Positions 12,706 through 23,595 of a stretch of DNA of 64,000 nucleotides are shown piece by piece. The stretch covers positions 62,806,001 through 62,870,000 of the forward strand of contig OZ287754.1 of NCBI GenBank assembly GCA_965649765.1, written 5' to 3'. Below the pieces are notes generated by a model. It saw only the letters and a program-made list of their open reading frames with translations, ran no database searches and was not told where the DNA came from. Within the stretch, counting starts at the first letter, position 1; each line of letters begins with the position of its first letter. Position numbers and translations under genes: made by a program. This DNA is from Bispira polyomma (lineage: Eukaryota).

Positions 12706-13973
12706 TCACTGCTGCCGTCGGTTCGTATTGCAGTCGTCTGTCCTATTGTGTTGTAGTGGTAGTTGGTCGGCCATGTAGTTTGTAACATTTGTTTTGCGGA
12801 TGAACGTTTTCCCATTTGTTAATTTTGAAACAATTGCTACAAATGTGTCTGGAAATCGTGGAGTTGTTCTCATGATCTGCTTCCTAGTTGCACTGATTCT
12901 TTTGGTAGTGTCTGCACGGGACACGTGATTTGGTTGTTGTCGATTTGTTGCTGTTCGTAGCAACTGAAGAAACAGACGTTGAAGACATTAATGCCTGGGA
13001 ATATGACAGCCTGTTCATGATCCATTTGTTTTCATCAAGCCAGATTAAGCGGCCTTCCTCGATATCGTGCATATTAGTTGCATATGCCCCTTTTGCTACC
13101 AGCCACGAAATGTTGGACGCATCTCGTAATGTGTCCCCTAACTGCCTAAGCATTGTGTTTGATATTGTCTGATTTGAAACTTCCATATTATTTTGGACTT
13201 GTCCTGCAGCAAAATGAGCCAATGTGAGGTTGTCAAAACACACACGTTTCTTGTTTACCCCGGACAGGCGTCCGTCATTCGGCCATCGGAACATGGGATC
13301 AGATGTGCATACTTTGGCTACATTAAATCGACCATATTTGCGTTTGATAGTTGACTTACCAGTCAACATGTCTCCTGTAGTCACTTCATTTTGTAGATGA
13401 GCCGACTGGCTTAGTACATTGGTGGTCAGAACTATGTTGTGTTGACTGCCGGTAAGCCCACCTGCCAGTAGCTAAAGTTGTTGTGAATACGGTAACGGTG
13501 TGTGTATGTACACTCTGAGGAATGTGTTGAAACCCTCTGTTCTGCTGCGCGTGTCCCCCTAGCTGGGTCTGAAGTGTCGACAACGGGAATTGTTGATTTC
13601 CACCCACAGCTGTCTGAACTTGTTGTGGTATAACCGGATTTGGATGGAAGCGAGAAGTTGAGTACTTCATTCTGTATTACTGATGCTTGAGAAACTACTG
13701 GCTCTTTATTTTTAGAGGCAAAACTGTCTCTAGTATTGTATTCATCATTATCTGTTGTTGTTTACACATGTCTTTATACTGAGAATCAGTCGTACTTACT
13801 GCTTGTTCTACCGACTCCTCATGTAAGGAAACATCACTCTCACTTGATCCATCTCTTTCTGTGTTGTTTTTCCATTTACACCTTTTTCCTACTGGACGCT
13901 TGTGTCTTATTACACATTTTGAGCACTCTGGTAACACTGAAGATTTTTGCTTTGATTTATCCATTATTTCCAC
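12706..13973 (-). pseudogene. gag-like ORF1 of YR element (frameshifted)
   Basis: N-terminal CSKCVIRHKRPVGKRC finger; core WPN..LSG..KKR...DNLTLAHFAAG..SW..AKGAYA..IEEG..W; C-terminal PCRHYQKNQC. Confidence 0.8.
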
Positions 13974-16900
13974 ACCACTGGGTACACAATGTTTATAATG
14001 TTGTTTTAAAACAATATACTTGTAAATAAACTAAAAACCTTTAGTAAAAACACTAAAATGCGCCGACATAAAATTTGTTTTTTCATAAAATCCAATATGG
14101 CGCTATGTATATAAATTTTTCACTTGTTGCCTTTTCAACTTTCAGGCTGAGAATGACCTTTCCTTAGTAAAGGGCAGCAAAATCTGTAATTTCTCTGGTC
14201 TCTTTTTGGACAACACAAATAAGCAAATCTACTAGCAACAAGTACAGTAAGGCTCTGTCTTTTAGTGACTGATAGGTCATGCTTATTTCATATGCAGTGA
14301 CTGTAACATTTAGACAATGAAGGTGGCAGGGGTGGAGGCTGTTACCGTCTCACCTACCCTGTCACTGTTTTCACATGTGTCACTAATTAGGGGGCAAACC
14401 TATTGTACAAAACGGGAGTTACAATCATTGCCAGAAGTGCTCCTTTCTGTAGCCAAATGCATCAAACATGCAAGAAGTTTTTCTAAACCGAAAGTTAGAG
14501 CTCCTTGGAAATAGCCACAGTAAAACTCTATTTAAGACGTGATTTAAACTGGTTCCAAACATTTATAGATCACTTTAATGGAGTTTCCTTTTTTGACTTT
14601 CGACCTCAGATTGAGCTGGATGCCTGCCTAACAAGAATGGGATCTATCCATGCCAATCAAGTATATCAAATTAAATTACCCAGTTATTGCCAAATGAAAA
14701 CATAGCATACTTGGAAATTTTAAATATTATAGTCCCCTCAAAATTACGGGCAACAGCTTAGTAGAGATAAAAAGTGCTGGTTAAATGTGATAACTAAGTG
14801 GTGGTTAGTGTTTTGCAAAGTGGGAAAACCAGGGACCCAATTCTGGCAACATATACCTGCGATAAATTAATGCTGGCCAGTCAGATTTTGTGATCCATAT
14901 CCTGGGAAAAGAACAAAATTGCAGATACGCTGTCCAGATGGACTGAAAATATAACTAAGCATGAACTTTTGTTTCAGTTAGCAGGACCAGTACAATGGTT
15001 GGCCACACATAAAAGTATGCTGAAAATATATGATAACATTTAGTTAGCCACGTATTGTGTATTTATTGCAGATGCCAATGGCTTGGACACATTGCTGACT
15101 GAGCGTGCTTTTGATAGACTGATAACTGCTTTTGCACCTTCAACTACCAAGGCTTACCAGAGAATGCATAATTTATTCTTATCATGTGGGTTACATTATG
15201 TCATGGCCTGCATCAAAGGTGATTGTGCTTCAATTATTGTCATATTTAGAGTTTCTGGTCCATAATGCTATATCTGTCTTCCAAATTGCTAACCATCTGC
15301 CAGCCATTGAGGCTCAATGCATCTTGTTCAATATCAATGTTGATGTTTTTGCTGATCCCACGATTGGTTATTATAATAGAGCTCTGCTAATTAATAGACC
15401 TTTACAAGTAAAATTGAAGTTTTAATTTGACATACCTCTTCTTAAAGATTTAGTGCAAAAATGTGACCTGACGTATATGGGCTAGGTGTTCAAGGCAGTA
15501 TATCTGACCATTTTTTTCAGCTTCCTGAGAATGTCTAGCCTGTGCCCCTTATTCAGCTAGTATTTGTTCAGCATTTAAAGCAGTTGGTCAGGGTCGATAA
15601 CATGTTTAAGCCTGGAGATAGAATAATGATGGTAAAATGGTCAAAAACGTTACAAACAAATAATGCGATTAAATCGATTACTCTACCAGCCATTCTGGGT
15701 TCTGTGCTTTGCCAAGTCAAAGCTTTTAAAAAGTATAACACCAGCTGGCAAAAATATGCTCCTTTTTCAATACGGTTGAAGATTGGATCCCTCTAACGAA
15801 CACCAGTGTCCACAAGCATCTGAAAAATGTTTTGCAAATGCTGGGCCTAACCCAATCCGGTGTGACCTTTCACGCTTTTCGTTCAGGTGCCATGTTTGCC
15901 TTCAATAATAACGTCTAACTACCGGACATACAAAGGCATGGCACTTGGATGTCGGATTGTATTTGGCGCTATAAAACCGATGGAGCTGGAGCCCAAGTAG
16001 CTGACTGCTTCAAACGGGGTTCACTAACTAGATAGTATCCAGTGTTTGGTGGGCAGACAAACCAGATTTGTCAGTCAAATAACGAACATAGTCAAATAAA
16101 ATTAAAATTTATTAGTGGAAATATACAGTAAAATAAAATGTTACTGGCTTTTGGGCATAAGGCTACCTGTAGCATTTAGTACATTAACCAATTTAGTACT
16201 TAACCTGAAACTTTTCAAAATTTGTAAATCCAATTTAATTTAGGGTAACCTTAACAAAAACTCTACTATCTTAAACTCAATATAGGGTGACCTTAAACTC
16301 AGCTAAGGTGACCTGCCCATCTTAAAACAACTGTATAATATATCAAGATAGTATTAACATAGAACTAATAGAAATTTTAATCACACTTCCTTACTAGTCT
16401 TGGTAAATTATTATATCATGACATCTGAAACCCCTCGGCTCTGGTGTACCTTACAAACTGATATTGATTTCATTCTGAAACATTAATAATTGTCACAATG
16501 TGCGCTTGTGTATTTTAATAAAGACAACTCTGGTGTTCACTGTGGAGGTAGGTGTTTTACCTGCAAGCCATTCTAGTGATATACTGAAGTAACACTAAAT
16601 AGTTCAGACTTAGTTTAACGTCACTTTCAACACTTCAGTATAATATTATAATGAGCAGTTTCTTGGTGGGGGAGAGTGGAACAGGATGGACCAATTATGT
16701 TTACACTTAAAATAACCGGCCTTCATAAAGTCTACTACCGACTTTCCCCAATGAATGCTGGGATCGAGAAAAAAGACCTAACTGATACATAGGAGGTGAA
16801 GTCACTGGACATTCTTCTACTACATTTGTCCAAATTACATTGAAACTTTCAGGTATTCTTGTGTTAGCTAAATAAAGATATTCTTAAGGTTTAATTTTTT

Positions 16901-17570
16901 CAGGATATCAATATATTTTTTGGTATTGGTTTCAGAGTAGAATTCGTGATTTTTTAAAACGGTGGGGGTTAAAACATTTTAAGGAACTCGTTCAAAGGAT
17001 CTTGTTCAAATAGAAGTTATCTTTTAGTTATATACATTTAAATTATGTAGTTTTATGTAACGAATAATTACTGGTTGCACACATTGACTGAAACATATAC
17101 CTGCTTACAGCACATTGCACAAATGGCTCCTCAATCATCATGCCTGATCATGTTAACACAAACATAGATGCATTGTGTTAACATGATTAAACATAATGAT
17201 TTTAGCTAAATCACTACACACAATTTGAATTTCAACGCTATTTGGTAAAACATAATATACATCTTAGATACACATGGACATGGTTAGAATAGACGTGTTA
17301 CAAATATATTATGCCTTACTAGTTGTAATGTTGCAAAGTTAAAATATTTTAGCATTAAAATAACATGAATTTCTGTGAATATACATAGTTGTTTTTTCTG
17401 AAATGTTATATTTTGCAATTTATTGATGATATAATATAGTGTAGAATAGATGTAAAACAGCTCGTGTACAATTAAATTATATAACCCTAACAGGTTCGTT
17501 TTTGTAATATTTTGTCTTCTTTGTTATATAATTATATTGTACCTGCCACTTGTGGAGTTTTACTACTACA

Positions 17571-17928
17571 TCAATATATGCTTTGCATGCTCTGTTGTGC
17601 ATCGGTAACTTTAACATCCATCATTTCTACAATCTCTCTTAAACTAGTCTGATCTTGATCTTCTGTATTGTTTAAGTTTGCTCTCTCTTTTTGTCTTTTC
17701 TTATTTCTCCGCCTTTTTTGTGGACCAACAGACACACAGTTACACCAATGATCAACCCCAAACCAGACAACATCAGTACAGCCACGATCAATGTCATCTG
17801 CATAACATTGGAGTTACTTGCTAACTGTTTATTTACTTGTGTCTGCATTTTACTCTCAGGTATGGAAGACATAGAGGTTGCTGAAGGCACCAACTCTCCT
17901 GTGGTTGGGAACTTCTGTTGTATATAAC
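17571..17928 (-). CDS. Exon 2 of TNFR-like receptor: stalk, TM helix, cytoplasmic tail (stop at 17672 as assembled, 17571 if one A is restored)
   Basis: Acceptor TTTGTGAG|GT continues phase 1 as GYIQQKFPTTGELVPS...; TM LIVAVLMLSGLGLIIGVTVCLLV. The GAG acceptor is a weak type. Confidence 0.68.
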
Positions 17929-19471
17929 CTCACAAATAGCATTAATCAGTCAAATTATTAATTATTTTTTTACAACCTATTGGATAGACAGCAGAGGCAT
18001 TACCAAGTACACATATAAGCAATGCTAAATACTGCATGTTTATTATAGTATTATACAATGCGGCCTGGCAATGTTACTTAGCAAAAGGTGTTGTCAATTT
18101 AGAACAAAAATAATTAAGTGGACCTATATTAAATACAAAATTGTTAGCTATTTGAAGACTAAATAATCTACTGTAACCAGAAGATTAATCGGAAATTTTA
18201 GAGACTATCAATAAAGTCGTTTTTATATTGTTATTGAAACCCTATAGCCTGTCTTTTATCTCCCTCAACGGAGGTAATAAACTGCCTTGTGTATATTAGA
18301 TCACAAAAAAAATATTTTAGAAGGTCCAGCAAAATACCCAAGGTCTATATTTTAAAACCAGCTGGCACACCTAGTTTTATTAATCGTCACATGCTTAATC
18401 ATGATGTTAATGTTTCACTTCACCAATTAATGTGCCAGCTTAAATGACTACTTTATTATACTTAGACAGTAACTTGCAATTTGGTAATTTACTAAATATT
18501 ATATTGTATGTGTTATTTATTTAATGCTACATATCTGTTAACATCGACCCTCCCTGAATTTGTTTGAACATATACTAAACTACTTATATCACCTTATGGC
18601 ATCACCTTATGGCATCTACTTTGGACTTCAACATTATTACAAACAATCAGATTTCAATGACGCACTAGATAAGCATACTTGTTTGAATGCAAAGTGGCTT
18701 CTACATCCTATTGATGACTAGAAAGTACTTAAACAGTTTACAATAATGAAAGTTGATCTTATGTGGCATTAGTTTGTTTTTTGTTGGCACAAAACAGAAA
18801 CAACAGATGTATACATTCAGTTACAAAAGACACAGACATACACAAAAATACACAATACTAAATATTACTCACATATACAACAAAACATATTTAAAAGCTG
18901 TTGTACAAAGCATATACCATTTAGACTACTACTAAGTAACACAAAGATGTGCTGTAAACTATTAAATTATTTGGCCGTAGTGTTAATAATATGCATTTTT
19001 ATCATTAAACCAGTCGCTATTTGTAGGTTGTAATGCCCAGTCAGGGTTAATAGTTTTGTATATTCATCAAGGGCTATAGGCTGATAGTCATTTTATAGCA
19101 ACTAGGCTCGTTATCTCAAAGGTTCTTGTCATAATACTTATATATCTGTCTCATTTATGTCATTTGACATGTTTACACTACAATCAATAATAAAGAATAA
19201 AATATCAAAATATTCAAAAAATAAAGGTAACATTTACTAAATTGTGATATATAAATGTGGTATTATACCAGTTTGAGTAGTGTTAGGTTATCATGAAATT
19301 GTACTCTTCACCTTACAATTCATGGTGTCACAATACACAACATTTCACAATGATCAGACTCGAGTGAACATAATACAAAATATAGCTACAATGTAAACAT
19401 ATATTACAATTCTTTCATAGTGCACACACGTAATATCCATACAAAATCCAGGAAACGAATGTTCCACCTAC

Positions 19472-19607
19472 CATTGCACTTGTCATTACACGCCATTTCC
19501 ATATCACGTGATCTATCACATAACCAGGAACACGCAAAACAGTAGCCAATGACAAGGTCACAATATTGAGTCGAATCACACTGGCTGCTATATTGGCAAA
19601 ATTCCAT
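19472..19607 (-). CDS. Exon 1 of single-CRD TNFR-like receptor (Grindelwald/BCMA/TACI-like)
   Basis: MEFCQYSSQCDSTQYCDLVIGYCFACSWLCDRSRDMEMACNDKCN, 8 Cys, phase-1 donor G|GTAGGT conserved in the paralogue. Confidence 0.8.
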
Positions 19608-19731
19608 ATTTAGGGGTTTAGGGGATCTATTGATCTTGTTACTGTTTTTACAGTTATAACAACACGAAAGTGTCAAGCAGTTTTATGACATTTCACAGAG
19701 TTCCAGTTTTATTTGCTGGTTTTTGTGATCA

Positions 19732-19762
19732 ATTTGCATTGGCTTAGACATGGTCACATGAC
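19732..19762 (-). promoter_or_regulatory. Putative proximal promoter: M-box/E-box GTCATGTGAC, CCAAT, octamer ATGCAAAT
   Basis: GTCACATGAC identical at 19753-19762 and 510-519; CCAAT in both paralogues; octamer only in this copy. Confidence 0.45.
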
Positions 19763-20286
19763 AATGATCACATCACAATAGAGTTTAACACGATGTCAGT
19801 ATAAACAGTTGTTCAACTTAAAATACTTTATCTTACATATATTTATGAAACCAAGCAATACAAAATAATTATAGTGTGTCATAGTAAATCCCCGGATAGT
19901 AGCACTTCAACTACTGCATAGTCACAAAATGGATGCCACTATATCAATGTGTGGATAAAAAAAACATTTTCAATAATCTTGAAATGATGACTGACAAACA
20001 CACATCTACCACCATAATGTGTGAATGGGTATTCTCACATTATCCTTACTTCTCCCTTCCATTTCAAGAGATTTCATATTTTGGAATGCAATATTTATTA
20101 ATACAACATTTAGTAAAAGTCACTTGTGACGACAAATGGCATGCACTATTACCACTAACAAAAATGAAATCAGTTCTTATACCATTCTAACAGATTATAT
20201 ATTAATAAAAGATCAACCATTGCATTATAGTGGTAACTAAAATAAACACTTCGACAGAAAGACTTGAAATAAAAAAACTTCCTTAT

Positions 20287-20877
20287 GGAAATTCCCTTGG
20301 TCCGAATAAAGGTTTTCATACAATAAGAGAATCTGTCTTTTTTGGGTGTCATGTGTAAGAGTTGTTCAAATGAATAAACTAATAAGTACAAAGACAAATA
20401 TAGATAAGGAAGTGTTTACAAAATAATACTGGATCTAGAGATAATATCCACCTAGCGTCTTGCAATTAATATATATTATGACAGGTATTCCCGTAGGTTC
20501 CAATGTGTATCTATTTGTTTTTTTTTCTACCATTTTAGTAAACAAAAAAAAAAAAAAATGATTTGGATTTAAAGTTAACTAAATCTAAAGTGTGAAATAA
20601 TTGATTTCTGTTAATATATTTAGCAAATAAACCATGTTCCTAGTATAAACATAAGTACACGCACGTAAAATAAATATAAAGTTAAGTATTACTTTGCAAC
20701 TAAATCAATTCATTAGTTGTAGAAAACTGTTACCTTGAATATAGGTTAGTTAATAGGCAATCAGTTCTTTATGCTAAAATGGCTTACACAATTATGGGAA
20801 TTGCCTCATTTCTAAAAAATGTACTACTGTGTACACAATTATTTCCTTAATCTTGTGCCAACGCCGGGGGAAGTCCC
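20287..20877. promoter_or_regulatory. Cluster of NF-kB-like sites upstream of TNFR-like gene
   Basis: GGAAATTCCC 20287-20296, GGGAATTGCC 20796-20805, GGGAAGTCCC 20868-20877. Confidence 0.45.
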
Positions 20878-23221
20878 ATTTTCCCTAGTCCATATTCATG
20901 ACAAGTATGTATGATATATGCTTTTTAAAAGAGTACATGACTCTTGGCACATATTTTATTTACATTCTAAACTTCCTCACATTATATTTGTGAAGGACCC
21001 GTGAATACAAACCCATAGTATGTTTAAACAAGCTCATGCCCTCAACAAATGTCTATTGGTAACTTTACTGTTGGACTTTGAAGTTATTTTTTGGCAGCTA
21101 ACTCTGGTGTAGCTTATATATGTAGATTAGGTGGAGCAGGACCTCTTCGGGGGATGGCTCTTTCAGTCCATCATAATTCTGTAATATGTTAAAACTATAG
21201 GTTATCCCAGTCCTCCAATAAACACCTATATTTATATAAAAGTACATTTTTGCTCATAAACCCGAGGCCTTTAGCCCTATTTAAAAGTATGTCTAGTTTA
21301 TTAACTAACAGCATATCATTATAGAGTTCATTGTAAATCAAGTTAAGAGATTTTGGAGTTCTGAAATCTGTCATTCAACTGTCACTGACACGTAAAAGTG
21401 ACTTGAGAAATGTATGTTTTGGCAAAATTTCTTCAAGCTATGAAACCTGCGTTTCTTGGCTATGAGGCGGCATAGTAAAATATGTTTTGGAGTCTTAAAA
21501 TCGGGTTCCCATTGATTTCTCCAATGAGGCCAGTTTAAGCAGTGAAAGGGTTAACAAGCCCTTAGGTACATAATAAATTAAGCTTTGGGGCTGATATTGG
21601 TCTATTTCACGAAAACCAAATTCATGACTTGCATATTGCACCATTCCCTACAAAAAAAAAACAAAAAAACAATCTTGATTCTGACAAACGTAGAGTTAAT
21701 TGATCTGAGATGGCCTTATGACCATTCTGTTAATTATGGTTTTAGCAAAGATAAATGCTTAGGAAAAATTACCTCCTCTTATTTTCCTCAGTTGATAGTA
21801 TTGTGAGTGTGAATGTTAGGTAAGGGGGTGCCACTTGGTACAAGTTGGACATTAACAGGGCATTCAAGCATATACAACTGGATTCACATGACTACAATCT
21901 CCTGGGTCTTGAACTTAACAGCATATATGGATAGACTTGTCAGTCTTTTGGCTACAGGAAGGGTAGTTTGCTTTTCAAAGGATCAGCGATAGTATCAGGT
22001 TTATGATGGACAAGGAAGGTCATGACATCATAAACTATATAGATGACCTGTTTGGTTTTTGAGTCTCTAGCAATACTAGTGTCGCTTTCCAGAGGTTATA
22101 CTGTTTACTGGGCACCCTTGGGTTTGATATTTGCCCAAAGTAGGCAAGCAATACCTCAACTAAAGTGAAATGCCTAGGCATTTTTATTGATAACATAAAT
22201 AACACAACATCAGTACTATCTAAACAAATGCACAAAACAAAATAATTATGCAACAACTGGGGCACATGCCTTGAAAAAAATATAAATTTAATGGGGTCAC
22301 TTTTGTGCATCAAATTCACCAGGTTTTATCTTAACCGTATTTTAGAGGCCCTCAAGGCTAACCCTGAACAAAGAAAATGTACAATGCACTCCTGAATGTT
22401 ACAAAGATATTGGATGGTTACTTTTTCAATCATAAGGAAAGATGCCTTTCTTACACAGTGGACTGACTGGAGTTAACTCTGACGTCGGCTGAGGGAACCT
22501 TAAAATGCTAAACATCTTTAAGGCAGCTTTAAATGTGTGAAGCAAAGCTTGGAAAAATACAAAAACCCTCATACATTGTGACAACCAGGCAGTTGTCAAT
22601 GTACTTTCCACGGATAAAACTAGAGACATTTAGCTAACAGCCTATGCTCGTAATATCTCCATGGAAATGGCGTTATTCAAAATAGGTGCAAAATTCATAG
22701 ATATATTGGGTAAGAACAAAAATGTTGCAGACCTGGTATCTCGTTGCAAAAAATAAACCCAGTCAACATCAACAATTGCACACACATTCAGCCAGTCATT
22801 GTTCATAATGTCATCTTAACTTAAATTCATTATATTACTAATAAAATAACTTTGGTGCCCTTAAACTGATGTTAATGTCACATCACTCTTACTTTTTAAC
22901 TTAATTAATGTCGGCCTTAAGGTCAATTAAGGCCATTAAACTTAAAATATTTTTATCAATTTATCTTAAATGTTTCACTAATCATAATGTAGTAATTTGG
23001 ATGCATACATAGTGTTAGTTTTATTATTTATCAATAAATAAAATTTCCTGACTGTGTTGTCCATTTTAGTGAACAAAAAATTGATTCAGAGTTAAAGTTA
23101 ACTAAATCTAAAGTGTGAAATAATTGATTTATGTTAGTATATTTCAAATAAACCATGTTCTTAGTATAAACATAAGTACACGTACGTAAAAAAAATATAA
23201 AGTATTAGTTTGCAACTAAAT
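20530..23221. repeat. ~170-bp direct repeat pair (20530-20705 / 23061-23221)
   Basis: CCATTTTAGT...AAAGTTAACTAAATCTAAAGTGTGAAATAATTGATTT...TTTGCAACTAAAT occurs twice. Confidence 0.85.
21640..22770 (+). mobile_element. YR retrotransposon RT/RNaseH relic
   Basis: YKLDINRAFKHI, INYIDDLFG, VKCLGI.ID, IHCDNQAVV, ILGKNKNVADLVSR with stops. Confidence 0.8.
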
Positions 23222-23595
23222 ACCGGACTTGCTGTGTTTTGCTTGGGTCATCAGGTTGTGACCTTCTCTTGACCTTGGAACTGATAAGCTCCGATAAATT
23301 CATGAATCAATATAGTACTACACTCCTCCACTCAAAAAATGTATCATCCTATTCCTGCATACGGTATAGTTCCATACGTGGAGACCTCTGAATATATCTT
23401 GCATTTTGTCAAAACTCGAAAACATTGCCTATATTTTTGATGTTTAACGAATAAATCAGCAAATGAACTTCAATAGTATTGGGATAATACTAATTAGCAT
23501 CAGTAATGTTATTAAAGTTAATTTTAAAAAAAATTGTTTAGTATCGCCAATGTAGCTAGCCAGGATGTCTGTCTTTGAGCCACAGTAGCTTCGCC

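Larger units (their letters stand above)
8616..14308 (-). mobile_element. Ngaro/PAT-type YR retrotransposon with split direct repeats (A1-gag-RT-RH-YR-B1-A2-B2), full length but frameshifted
   Basis: A1 ~14114-14308, A2 ~8657-8853, B1 8851-8889, B2 8616-8654; ACA/TGT shared at all junctions; no methyltransferase-like region seen between RH and YR. Confidence 0.92.
4400..16530 (+). mobile_element. Old, fragmented YR (DIRS-order) retrotransposon, host to nested insertions
   Basis: gag N-terminus 4567-5240 (CSKWVQKHKRPTG zinc-finger-like), gag C-terminus ~8066-8330 (HTCETCEGTH), RT/RNaseH remnants 14390-15040 (RRDLNWFQTF..FNGVSFF, IELDACL), YR 15072-16010 (KWSKTLQT, FHAFR-SGA..AF, HGTW.SDCIWRY). 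Many stops and frameshifts; termini approximate. Confidence 0.8.

Noticed and set aside
20989-21318. Possible small solo LTR (TG start, TATA, AATAAA)
   Set aside because: No convincing end or TSD and no second copy.
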